DNA of 64,000 nucleotides from Bugula neritina (taxonomy: Eukaryota > Animalia > Bryozoa). The first letter of the stretch is position 1, and each line of letters begins with the position of its first letter. A program made the translations under genes and the position numbers. This document shows, piece by piece, positions 13,101-26,576 of this stretch. The DNA lies in NCBI GenBank assembly GCA_964035545.1, contig OZ037766.1, positions 27,883,673 to 27,947,672 on the forward strand. Direction: 5' to 3'. The notes beneath the pieces are model-generated. The model was given only the letters and a program-made list of their open reading frames with translations, was not told the DNA's origin and made no database searches.

Positions 13101-16100
13101 CTGTAATATATATATTACAGAAAATTGCAATATACATTCAATTTTTTACAATTTTCTAGATTCAATAATATAGTCATCATATTAAAATTTTCCATACATT
13201 TTTTTAAAAACAAATGTCATTTTTTATTATGTAGTAGATGTACATTATGTGGTATAACTAACACGATAATATAATTTGTAGTATAGTAAGTATTTAAACC
13301 TTTTAATCTTTTCAGCAATGGCACCTTGCTGGTTTATCATAGTCCAGTTGCTGTATAACAACAGTTTTGCTACCAAGGTGAAAATGTTTGTTAGCTCTGT
13401 ATGTGTTTGACTAATTTATAGGAGATACACGTGTGATTGTGAGCATAAAAACTTTAAGATAAACTCCTTAGTTCTTTCTGATTTTACTAATATTACTTAG
13501 ACTCTGAATTTTTCAAAATTTTATTGCAGAGGCTGAAAAGATTTGTTTAAAATATTTCACACTTTGTATCAGTTGTATAGTCTGAAATGCAACTACAATT
13601 GAAAAAGAAGTTGTCTTCTTTTTAAAAACATTTTGCATCTGCCCTTGAACCAAATGGTGATTATTAGAAACCTAAAATATAAATAATTATTTTTTTACAT
13701 TCAAGTGGTTACCTAAATGCTAAACATTGTTTATAATCAATATAGCTTCCAACCTTTAGCTTGTAATTTATAAATAAAATTACCCTATAATTGTGAGCCC
13801 CTCACAGAAAATAATAGGTTTATAACTTTCTAACCACTTTTTAACCACTTTTAGAAATGAAAAGTCTTAAATGCATTTCAGCTACATTGAGCTATGCCTG
13901 CAGTACTGTTAGTCACAAAAATAATTTAATTTAATTGTTTTTTAATATTTGAATAATCACTAGGTGAAGGGAGCTACAAATATAAAAGTATGACTTTTAG
14001 TGAGGCTCTGTAAGCATTGATCTAAATTATAATTTCTTTGATTATTATCTTTTCCTTTATTGAAACAAACAACTTGTGCACTAAAAACTCACAAGACTAT
14101 TCGTACTAGATTTTACCCATTTTGATAGTTGTTTAAATGAATTTATTTTACACGTTGTCCTATATAAATGATGTAGATAATGCTGAAGGTTTTAATTATA
14201 TTTGTTAAGTTTAAATCAACTTTTACAAAATGAAAGAAATGATCTATGTAAGAAATTATAACTAAAATTGTTATTCTATGATCTCAGTCATATATGTTTT
14301 CTTTTCTTAAAAACAACAAATGTTCCAAAACAATTAGTACTTCACGTATGCATTACCATAATATAATTGCATACTCTAGTATATTGGTATCATACCGATG
14401 CATGTGGATATTTAAATACAGGTTAATTGAATCAAAAAAGAAATTTGGCACATTGCCAAATTAAAAATTTTGGCAAAAGCAACCTAGTCACACAACTCCA
14501 ATTTTACAACCACAAATGAAAAATATCTGAAAAAGCATTTATTGAGACAAAAAAATTAAAAGAAAACATTTTTTATTTTTATTTAGTTTGTAAAGAAGTT
14601 ACATTATACATGAACTTAGAATAGCTGTAATTAAACATCTGTTTGTCTTCATGTTTTAAGAAATACTATATGATTTTTAACTAAATTATTTTTTAGCTAG
14701 CTATAAGACATCACTTAAAGTTTTGAGTGTTAGCTAATGCAATAACATCTTTGTTCCGGTATAATTTACCAGAATAAAAATGTTTTTGCAATGCACATGG
14801 CAATCTGAATTGCATTGAAATGCAAAAAAATAATTGCTAATAGTGCTTAAAGTAATTAGTGTAGCTGAAAACTATAACTATCTTTGAATGATTTATTTCA
14901 GAAGTTTCTATATAATAGAATATTTTATGCGCTTTTACCAAATCCAATGAACTTGCGTGACTGCAGTGAAGTAAATAGGAATGGCTCAAAAAGTTAAAAA
15001 GACAACTCTTTCATTTTATATGAACAATTTTTGAATATTTAATATGAGGTAATTTTAAACTGCTAATTAAAAGATGTTTTTTGTTGTCGTACATAATTAT
15101 AACATGAATAAAAAATAGTTGCATGTATCTTATGGAATATCTCATGATTATACATTAAGAAATCAAACTCTTTTGTAATTTAATGCAAACGCAACACCCT
15201 TTCAATTTAAAACTCAGTAGTTTAATTCAAATAATCATCTATAAGTGTAATTGTTTGCATGGAAGCAATATGGTAATAGCTATAAAGATAATATATAGTA
15301 TGACTGCACTGGGGTGCAGCTTGCTATAATGGAGAGTTGTGTTTTAGTCTTTCAAGTGAATAACACAACAATAGCAACTTAGTTAAAACTATGAAGAACT
15401 ACTGAGCAGCAAAATGAAATAAAAACTTTATGTAATTACTGTACTGTGGTTTATGTAATTAAGTTGACAAATTTTATCAAAAATTTAACAAAATTCATTA
15501 TTTTCTTGTAGTTGAGTTTAATTTGAAATACAATGGAATAAGAAGCCATATAAGTTATATATTATTTTTCACAAAAGATGCAGTTGGAAACCCACAGTAG
15601 AAGTTAAATTTATGGCGTACTATCATTGTAATAACAGTGCATGCAAAATATCAAGCATACAAAGGAAATTTCAAAACATGAAAAATTACATGCTTTTATT
15701 TGAAGATTTTATGTGAAACAAATTAGGTCTGTTACCAATTTTTATTAGTAAAACTTTTACTGATAGATCTTACACCAAACTCTAAATTTGAGCCATAATA
15801 ACTATGTTGTTTTATATAAGTTAAAATGTTTATTAGTTGGTATAAATATTTTACTAGGTCCCATCTTCATTCATCTTTCTGAATTGTAGTGCAAATTAGA
15901 CCTTGCAAAAACAAATTTAGATTTAAATAATTTAATAGTTAGGTAATTTATAGTTTGCAAAACTAATGTTAATGCTATAATAAAACATAGTAGTTGTGAT
16001 GAAGATATTTGGAGTTAACCTCTTTTTTCAACAATTTTGTTACTTGTTTTCAAGACCAAATAATATTCCAGTGTTTAATTATTTAGCAAAGTGCATTATA

Positions 16101-16167
16101 TTGTGTAAATTATGTAAATTTCATAACAAAAAGAAAAATATAATAAAACAATTATTGTAAAAGAAAA

Positions 16168-16420
16168 CTGCTGTGGTCTAATGGTCAGAGCTCTAGCTTG
16201 TAGCTAGCTAGTATATGACTCATGTATGCTTAATCATAACTTTGAATGGTTTGTGTCAAAAAGAGTTTTTGCATGACTATAATTATTTACCCCACGCTAT
16301 AAAGCAAATCCCTCAACTAACATTGTTGACATGAAAGACATGACAACTCCCAAGTATGCTATATTCTAACAAATATTCCGACTATATGAAGTTCCTTAAG
16401 AGAAGTGGCAACCTGCTTCA
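16168..16420 (+). mobile_element. Degenerate tRNA-derived SINE fragment
   Basis: CTGCTGTGGTCTAATGGTCAGAGC resembles the A-box head of the SINE at 39299; weaker similarity continues downstream (GGTTTGTGTCAAAAAGAG...ACTATAATT). The 3' boundary is approximate. Confidence 0.4.
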
Positions 16421-17183
16421 TATATTGAGAGATTTTGAGATTGAATGCTGTGTTTTAATGTATATATAATGTTAACTACTATGGAGCTTATTTTGAAAAA
16501 CTATATAGCATAGCATTGGTATATCTCCTGCAAAAAATTCTTATGGATTCAATTTATTATATAAGAACAAATTGTAGATTAACTTATGTGGCAGAGGTTG
16601 AAATGTCGTAACTTGGCATCTCTTAGCTAAGTTAAATGTTGTAACATTTTAGTATGATCAAACAAAAAAGGCACTAAAACCACTTAAAACTTTACTGTTG
16701 GTTATTAAAACAACAAAAGCTAATTTCACTACAGTAAAAAGATAAAATAACCAAGGCTCATGCAGTCAGTGTTTAAAAAAACATAAAGGCCTATAATACT
16801 TATTTGTATGACTATTTTTATTTTTTCCTTTGGGAGTGCATGAGAATTTGTTTTGTAAAATAATTATATATATATTATTGTTGAATACCATTTATGTTCA
16901 TACATTTTTATTAGCTTTAATCAGTTTCAATTTAAACGATATATAATTCAAATAATTGGTTAAAAATTAGATGGATAATTAATGGTTTTCAATTTGAAAG
17001 CTGAAAATTGACAGCGTTATTAAGGCTAATATTAGACATATGGTTTGATTAGACAGTACAATATAAACGTGGTGAAAAGAGTTACACAAAGTGTTGCTAT
17101 AGTAAGAAAGAATATTCTACTTATAATCAGTCAATTAGGCTCTCCTTGTTTTATGTTATTATGTGTAATATGCTTTATCCAGA

Positions 17184-19115
17184 TCATAGAGCGCCTAATA
17201 AGTAGAGAGTATCTTGATATTCTCTCAATAAACTAAGGATGTTCTCCAGTTGTATAAGAGCTAAAACATATAACAATAACAACGTAGATTAAAAAGCATT
17301 TCCAAAATTATCTTAAAGGTCAAGATTGATGCAAAGTAATATAACAAACTGCTGCATGAAAACTCAATTCTGATATACTGTAAGGCTGAAGTTTTGATTA
17401 ATAATAGCAACTAAGCTATTGAAAGAGTAATCGATGTCTATAGAATTTAAAAACTTTTTCACCAGTTTTCATTATATGAGCCTCTTTTATTATATCGCAA
17501 ATACAGCTATATTGACTGTAATGTTTTATTATGCATGCTAGCTGTCTTATAGATTCAAAATAAAGTTTATAGATGGCTATTGACATACTTAGACATTGCC
17601 TAAAGTAATGGTAGTACACGTATCCGTTGCAGCAGACGACATTAGCATCGGGGCACTCTGGGTCCACCTCAATATAGTTGTAGTCTACATAATATTCTGT
17701 TGTAGTTCTGAAGTGAATAAACATGTAGTTCATTATGCAGTAGCCAAAAAAGACTCAAAGAAACTTTGAGTTTTTCTGTAACAATCAGCATTTAAGGAAT
17801 ACTAAATTATACATAAATATGCTATAGAGTTTATTAACTCTGCAGTTTAGAAAGACAAATATTAAAATATATACTAAAATTTGCACAACAATTTAATAAT
17901 AAAAAGGTAACAAATAGTATGCTATGTAACATTTGTCTTACACAACACGAGGCGATCTAGAAGAGCATCTGCGTGTTCCAAATAGTCCGCATTTATAACG
18001 TTTTCCGACATAAACAGTCTTCCTTATGGTCCTAGCCCGAATCTATCAAAAATATATTTGCGGTTTTTTTATTATCGGCTCTACAACAATGAAATGTTAT
18101 AATAACAATGTACTATAAATAATATGATTTATTGCAATGCAATATATTAATATAATTTATACTGTCTATAACATAAAGCTGCTATAGTCAGCAACATGTT
18201 ATAAAACAGGTTTGTCTGGTAAAGATACATGCATACCTTTTCATGCAAATTTGTACCAAATATAAAAGCATATACATTTACTACTTTCAAAGCGACAATT
18301 GTATTCACCAGTAATTATATAAATACTAAATTTGTTGATAAAAAATTGTTTTAAAATTCTAATTAAATATTCAACTATATTTTGAAATTACTAAGGTGAG
18401 TCAGATTAGACGACAACTTTAAAGTTTTTCTAAACTCACCACTCTCTCTCTACGTACTATACCAACAGTGAGAGTCTTGTTACAGCAGAACTGAGAATTG
18501 TCTCTCTCATAGATTGACCTTTTAGATATTCTATTGCCTTTCAGCATGTCCTAAAATATATATAATACAATTATACAAACCAATGTTATTGTCAACAAAA
18601 ATAACCGTCAGATATTTTAGTTTATGATCAATTTAATTATGATTTGCAGATAGTAAAAATTTTAATACTGTTACATAGATTATTATTCAGCTCGATGTCA
18701 AAACAGATTGATTGTAATATATAATGGCTATTTTTCTTATAAGATAGAATACAGGATTTAATGCATGAAATTTTATGCAAAGTTAAATTAGGGTAAAACA
18801 AAAAAATGCTCAATATGTCATTTGAAATTCTATAACTTCAACTTAACTAACTACACAGTTATTGTTAACTAAAGTAAAAATTACAGAATATAATCAAAAT
18901 ACCAGTGCTTGAACACACTCATCAATCATGCTTTGCTTTTCATCAGCAGAAAGCAGTGACAAGGCATTTTCAGTTTCCCAACTCAGCAAAGTTCCATTAT
19001 CTCCAGGGACAGGTATGCTCTCATTCTAGTCTTGTGTGTGGGAAGAGTCCAGCTGTGGTAGACTTTTGACACCCGCAACAAGTGCTACTAAGGTAATGAC
19101 GGTTATGATCTTCAT
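17184..19115 (-). pseudogene. g3: family paralog with a single premature TAG at codon 30 (null allele or young pseudogene)
   Basis: Exons 19115-18903, 18550-18440, 18042-17942, 17707-17589, 17260-17184, with splice sites and frame intact. TAG at 19028-19026 where g1/g2 have TTT. Downstream: ISKR-SIYERDNSQFCCNKT, YKCGLFGTRRC, CPDANVVCCNGY, tail TLIQLENILSLLREYQDTLYLLGAL*. Confidence 0.85.
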
Positions 19116-20599
19116 ATTTAACTTCTGTAAGAACAGCAGATATAATAAAGAAATATCATTATGATTATTTTTTAGATAAAAACATGGTTTGAAGTAAGAA
19201 ACAGTTGAATCTAACGAAAGACTAAACTGTATATTGCATAAAATTAGAAGTAGACACTCATGCATGGAATAATTGCACTGAAACAAACCTTGTTGTCGTT
19301 TATAATGTACTGTTTACTGTAAAGTAATTGGCAAATAACAAATAATATATGGAGCTTGTTATAGTGTTACACTTACAAGAGACTAGCTAATTAAAGCAAG
19401 GTTGACAAGAAATGAAGAGTAACTTAGAAAACTTCTATATATATATGAGTTCTTTCTGATAATATCATGCTTGACCTTTTACTATCTATAATGGAAAAGA
19501 AACTCTTCATTACTAGCAACAGGAAAAGTGGTGCTGGCAGACACTATAATAATTTATTACTCAGTTATTGCTCCAAGTTAATGCCTAATTACTTTGCTTT
19601 GTTTGCTACTAAAAAGATAGAAGCTGGAACAAATTCAAATTTCTGGAAAAGAAATTTAAAATGAGCTAGATCAGCACCAATGAATAGTTTTAACATCGAA
19701 GCGCATGGGTCATGATAAGGTTATTGCTATATGCCAGACTATGTTTATGGTATAGTAAGACCCTGATAGTCATTGGCTTTAATAAAAAAGCATAAGCAGG
19801 GTATATAATGTACTAAAATAAAGTACTGCATCTGGGCTGATTAAGTAACCCCCTATAGACACTCCAACAGCAAATGTCAGTCATTTTTATTAACATTCAG
19901 GCTGAATCGTACGTTGTACGGTTATATATGTACGTTGCGGCAATGATCAAACACTGCTTGATTAAAAAATTACTCTTGGTTCCTTTTGGGCAGCAAAAAA
20001 ACGCAAAATGTGAGATTGGGTAAAATCTATATGTCATTTTTTTGAACAGTTATAACCAATGAGTTAGTGTGGTACTAAAATGTATTTTAAAAAGAGAGTT
20101 TTCTTCTTTTAATTGCTTTTATCTATAGTGCATAATTATATTCACATTACATAAAAAAGCTGTTGTCACAAATGTGTCATGAACAATATCCGAAAACATT
20201 TAAGTGACAACAGAAAAGAATTAGCTTAATTATGATTGGTTACAGCTCAACAACATGCACTGTACTTTTTTAGTATGTGGCCGTATTTTGAGAAGTAATA
20301 GCAGAGTCATGTTGTTTTTGCTGTTGTGAGCTACTGTGCAGCAAACTGTGTCTAGAGGGTAAGATCTCACAACTGTACTGTGTTATATATAATGATATAA
20401 TGGTGAAATTCATTATTATATATATGAATTATAATGAATTGTTGACATATGCAATCTAATATTAAGTAAAATAAATTGATTTTATTTATTATTTATTTAT
20501 TTATTATAGTCACTAATAATTTTGGTTTCATGCGACATTTACATTTATAAAAGCTAAAATAATTATGATATATACCATGTGATGTTGAGTAGATATAAA

Positions 20600-20753
20600 C
20601 ACAAACATGCACACACACATGCACACATGCACACACGCACACATGCACACACATGCACACACACATGCACACACACACACACGCACACACACATGCACAC
20701 ATGCACACACGCACACATGCACACACACACGTGCCACACACCCGCACACACAT

Positions 20754-20811
<58 letters not shown>

Positions 20812-20960
20812 ACGCACACGCACACGCACACGCACACGCACACGCACACGCACACGCACACGCACACGCACACGCACACACACACATGCACACATGCACA
20901 CATGCACACATGCACACACGCACACATGCACACACATGCACACACACACACGAACACACA
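20600..20960. repeat. Compound (CA)n/(CACACG)n/(CACATG)n microsatellite
   Basis: Directly visible; source of the HT/CV/RV low-complexity ORFs. Confidence 0.97.
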
Positions 20961-22880
20961 AAAATGAAAACTGACAGTGGCCAGTGTTCTATACATATAC
21001 TTAATATAGCATAATTCCAAACTATAAAAATAGTAAATTTTAGCTATCAGCATGTTGCAAAAAGACATATATTGATTATACACTATTTTTGCTCAAAATA
21101 GATGAGCTTCAAAAACAAGATAATTATTGTTTTTTAATGTAGTAGTTTCTTGCCAGATGGTTTATGCATATGACTATATGTTGTTATTGTTGTCAAGAGT
21201 TAATTCAAAAACATTCCAACAGCCAGACATAATGATGAGACAAAAAAGTATAATTATATATTATTAACAAATTATTTTGCTATATTTCTTTCTTAGCTAC
21301 AAAATATTGATAGTAAAAACACAAGTCTTTATACGAACACAACAAAATTTGAGTGCAAAAGTTCACTTGCATTTGGCATAAAGTGGTGAAAAACATACCG
21401 GGAAATCAAAAAACAAATGAATATGCAACAGAAAGATAAGAACATTCTAAGTTCTCTCTATCTAGGTCAACCAATAAAATGTCAAATTTAAATCATGTTA
21501 CCATGACCAGCAATTGTTTTCTAACAAAATAGATCAATCGGTTTGCTGTGGCCTGATTTCAAAGTGGCCTGGTTTGTGGAAAAATTTAACTAGCAGTTGT
21601 TCTTGGTTTCAAGTTCGTTTGTCAAGTAAAACCTCTGCCGCAATAATATTTCTGTTCAAATATCAACAGCATCTACTACATAAATTATATTATTCTCACT
21701 AGACTGTGCAGGAAGTGAGTTAATGAGTAAAACAATAATATCTTTTGTCATCATGTAGCAAAAAATAAAAACATTTAAAAAGTCACAGCTAAAGGAAAGC
21801 ATAAGTGGATCAAAGTGCAAGTTTTACAAAACAACTCAAATCTATTAATTTACTGTTGACTGACAACAGATGAAGTTTATAGAGTAGGCTGTGATAGAAT
21901 TATAATAAATATACAGCTACTTGTATCCGAATTATGTATCATAATATTGAAAATAATGCATACACAAGTTGATTAAATATGACTGCTTTATTGATATTAG
22001 ATGTTTTATATATATTATACATAGTTGGTTGTAGTCTCATTATTAGACGTATAGCTGCAGTATATATAATAATAGAAACCTAATTTTTCACAAAATATGA
22101 AATAATAAAGTTGTTTGATCTCCATCTTATAATGAGTTTTATATAGTAATGGTTTTCAAAAGCTGTATAATACACAGCAATTTAATAAGTTTATAGCATC
22201 AGACAAGACAAAGAATGCGAAAGTTGCACGTGAAAAGTAAGTTTATTGGTGCAAAAAGGCTTAGTTTGAGAATGCAACAAATATTTATTTTGTGTCATCT
22301 GATGAGAATTTTATCTTTTAGTGCTGATCTCTGCTATACTTTTATAAATACTCATAGTTAAAAGTAATTTTGTAAAATATTAGAAAAACCAAACAAGATG
22401 AGTCTTTTTATTTATTTAACCAGTGAGAAAAGGTGCAGCTTTTCAAATATTTTAATACTTTAATACAAGCTATATCACCACTACTATAGTTGACTGTCTT
22501 TTAAAGGAAAAATACATGTCTTAAAAATAATCTTTTATTTATCAAATCATAATTTTTCTGCAATAATATATTAAAAAAATTGATATTATATTTGATGTTA
22601 TAGCTATGTTAAATAGTGCTGTCATATTTCTTAGACTACTAGTAAATTATGTTTAAATATGATGATAAGCAACGCCCTGGTAATATTTCCTAATGGAAAT
22701 TGTAATATTCAAAAATGAATTTTTTTCTAAATATATGCTGCATGTGAGTAGTTTCAAATTAGGTATATACAAAGCATGATGTGGCAGCTTTCAAATATAT
22801 ATAATCACCAAATAATTTATACATGTCCTATAAAATTTTGCTATACATTTTGTTTATAAATACATTAACTAAATATGTAC

Positions 22881-23000
22881 TCAGGCATTGTCTAAAGCCA
22901 TTATATAATATATAGTGCACAAATAGCAATTGCAAAGAACAATATTAGTCTCTATACTAGAGTTATCTTCCACTGCTTCTAGTACTCTGCTATAGCTGTC
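22881..23000 (-). pseudogene. Decayed copy of the family's 119-nt exon
   Basis: Minus strand: TTTTTAG acceptor, then TAIAEY*, a frameshift, VEDNSSIETNIVLCNCYL...FRQCL, then GT. Aligns to g1/g2 TTTEYY...VEDNSCPEANIVCCxGYV...RQCL with a stop, indels and lost cysteines. Confidence 0.75.
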
Positions 23001-24811
23001 CTAAAAAGAATGGGAAAGACGTTCTTAGTTTTGAGCAATTATACAATTGAATAGATTTATACTCAAATAAGTTTGCATAAAATTACTATTATTATTACTC
23101 TTTGGATGTCAATTTGTAATGCATAGAATGTGCTTATTGTAGTTTTACCATTTTCATCTCACTATATATAACAATTAACCTCTGATTCTAGAGTAATTGC
23201 TTTTATTTAAGTTTACTAGGCTATATAGTGTTATTGGATGTAAAAAACATATTTTATTAGATAAAATACCCAACTAACTTCAACATCACTTTTCTAATGT
23301 ATTATTAACTTATTGTGGCTTGGAAATGTGTGAATTAGATGATAATTATATACCACTACATATGGCTGCCTATGTGCTTATATGCTACTTTAAAATAGTA
23401 ATTAAAAACTAAATAATTACATAGATTTGCTATGCCAGAAGCTAAATCTGAAACTAGTTGTACCTTCTTCATAAAAGCAAATTCTATAACCCTCATAAAA
23501 CCTTTAAATAGACCCTTATGTGCCATTTACTATAGGAAATAATGTTTTTGCCATGCACATAGCTTTAATTAATTGAAATTGCTTACATGAACACAATAAT
23601 ATATCACCTTGTTTAGCTGTGAATATTTAATATAAGCTGGAGCATAATCTGCTTTCTGTTGCTGCGTACGTGACTGTGAAAACTATAGAAGTAATTGTCT
23701 GCACATGTATAAGTTATGCAGAGTGATCTTGTGAACCCTCATATAACTCAGATCTTGTTAAACTAGTATGTTGCCGGCAACTAGAACATATTTTTGATTG
23801 AAAACTCAATTAGCTGCAATACAAACAACTATCTAGGCATTTGTTGAAGAGATATGGTATAGTAATACATGAATATGAGTGCAGTGCAGCTAGCATATTC
23901 AGAGTTGTGCTCCCACTCGTTGAGTTATAAGCAATAATATAGCAACATCCTTAAAGGCACACGGATAACCACTGAACAAGATAATGAAAGAAAACTTCAA
24001 GTGAAATTGCCGCGATAGGGTATATGTATGTAACTGTTGACAATTTTCGTTCTACTTTCTAGCTGAGTTTAATTTAAATTTACTTATATGTCATTATATT
24101 TTGTTTCAGTAAAAGGGTTGATCATAGATATAAGCTAGACAACTGCATATAATAAGACGGAGAACCAACTTGTGTAGCTTTCATAACTATTATGCCATCA
24201 GCCTGATTTAAACAATTTATTTGTGAACTGGATACACTTAGAATTCTTATCTATGCTAATGCTTTTATATCTATTCTATTGAGGATAAAAAAAATTCACC
24301 AGCATGGCATGCAAATTTAACATTTGAAAAGAAAAGTAGTTTGAAAAGCTTTATTCTAAGATCAGATCAATATACATGATGAGTGCAAATTCTTTGTATT
24401 ACCAGTGCTGCAGTTCCTGTTTTATAAGTATATAAGAAGTTGCATAAACAGCATTGAATTTATTTGAATGCAAAGAAGTGATCATAATATACTTTCTCTC
24501 CATCTTTTCAAGTAAGTTTTGTTTTATTTATAAAATTTCATCAACACATTTCTTAGCAAGAATTATTAGGCTTTAAGTAATAAACAATTCAAAAGTTGTA
24601 TCATAACATTTTAAATTTTGTTTCATGATGCAAATGCATAAATATTTTTTGAGATATTTTATGCCCACTATTTATGGGAAAACCTAACAGTTTGATAAAC
24701 TATGTCAACATAGAATATTTGATATATTGTAATCCAAATCTTTTGATTTTTAAATTTGCATTTGCTAACAATTTATTTGAATTACACCATTGTAGAATCT
24801 CCCCTGAAGCT

Positions 24812-26576
24812 ATGAAGCAGATTATAATACTTCTCATGATCACATTTATGCCAATTATTTTGGCAAGGGGTAAAATTCTGTCAAGTGATCTTTTTGATGA
24901 GAATTATTATCAATCTGACGATCTTCTTTCAACTACACCTCCTAAACCCTCTTTAAGTGATGTAGATGACCCAATTTCCCATCTTTCTCAAAGCGAAATC
25001 AGAAAATTATTAAGAGAATGTGAAAGCTCTCTGGTAAATATAGTTTTAAAGCATTTAGTTTTACAACAACTTTATAAAAAAACCACATTAGGTAAATATA
25101 ACTAATGTGTTGAAAATTTGCATCAAAATATCATATTAATATATTATCATTACATTATTTATATAGTCAAACTAATAAAAAATTTTCACTTTTTCTTTTG
25201 ATTAGGTTTGCTTTCCAAACATTAGAAAACTTTTTTGTCTTCAATATCAAATGTCTTCAAACAATTATTTTTATTCATGGAAATTTAGGCATTGCAATTT
25301 AAGATTTAGACATGAGTTATATTGGATTTGTAATTTTGGCCTATAAGCTTCACATGGCAGGGCGAAAAGAATTTGGGCCTCTTTTAGAACATGTTCAATA
25401 GGTAAATTTACAAATTCTTTAGTGGATACTTTATTTAACTTGTACCCTTTAAGGTTTGGTGTCGTGGGAGGTGTATATTAAGAAAAATGCTACATTTAAA
25501 AACAAGTCAATTAGGTACCTCAAAGCAATAAAGCACCTGAGTTATTTTTATCTTGAGCATCTGATATAGTGCTGGTAAAATATTCTTTTTTGTTTTTGAC
25601 TTACAGTAAAATAGAATAGAGAACCAATTATGTTATGCAATGACTCGTGAGGGTTTGTTAATAGTAAGTAGCATTACAATCTGTAGATTGAAGCCGGGGG
25701 TATCATAAGACCAAAGAGAGATGTGGAATATGACAACTCTCAGTGGTGCTGCAATAAAACAAACTTGGCCACTCAATACCTTAAGCAAAACGTGGTAAGT
25801 GATATACTGAAAGACATGTCATTTATGGGCTGCATATACTTTAGTCATTGATTATACATTATAAAGCTGCATGCAACTTTTTATCTTTACAAATTTTAAC
25901 ATCTCCAGTTATGTACTTAAAAGAACTTGTATTGTCTTGTAGATCAGAGCTAAAGTGGTCACCAAGCTTGTAAAACTTGGTGGCTCATACTCTTGTGGTT
26001 TCTTAGGTTTAGGGAAGTGCAGCTCCTCTAGTGACAGTGTTATGTAAGTATTATATACGCTACAATATTTAACATGATCATAAATGCTAACGAAACCTCA
26101 ATTTGTATGCTAATAAAAATAATCTAAAAGCTACAATCAGCAACTATTCTTTTAGCACAGTTTTCCTTACTAGATCTGCATGTACCGTTATTTCTACACA
26201 AATATCCAAATATTTCATCATTTTTTCAGAACCACTACAGAATATTACGTTACCTATGAGTATTTAGCAGTAAAAGATGCCTGTCCCGCTGAAAATACTG
26301 CCTGCTGTAATGGGTTTGTATACTACCCATGGTTTGACAACTGTTTGAGTAAGTATAGATGCACAAATTCTAATATAATACTTTTCTGATGAACTGTATG
26401 TGCAACGCATTGTGAATCTTTTGATGTAACTTTTCATTTATCCCAAATGTTCTAAAATATATGTTTATACTATTTTTTGTTTAGCATACCAGGAAGTTGA
26501 AAATAATTTGCAAATCATAAGAGACAACAAAGATATAATAAGAAAATTGAATAAACGTCTTCGTTTCAAGGAATAA
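24812..26576 (+). CDS. g4: secreted prepro-protein with EMI-like domain, 213 aa, complete
   Basis: Exons 24812-25033, 25687-25794, 25943-26043, 26230-26348, 26485-26576 (642 nt, TAA stop). MKQIIILLMITFMPIILA signal, RECESSL, RPKR-DVEYDNSQWCCNKT, YSCGFLGLGKC, CPAENTACCNGF; basic tail TYQEVENNLQIIRDNKDIIRKLNKRLRFKE*. Confidence 0.9.
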
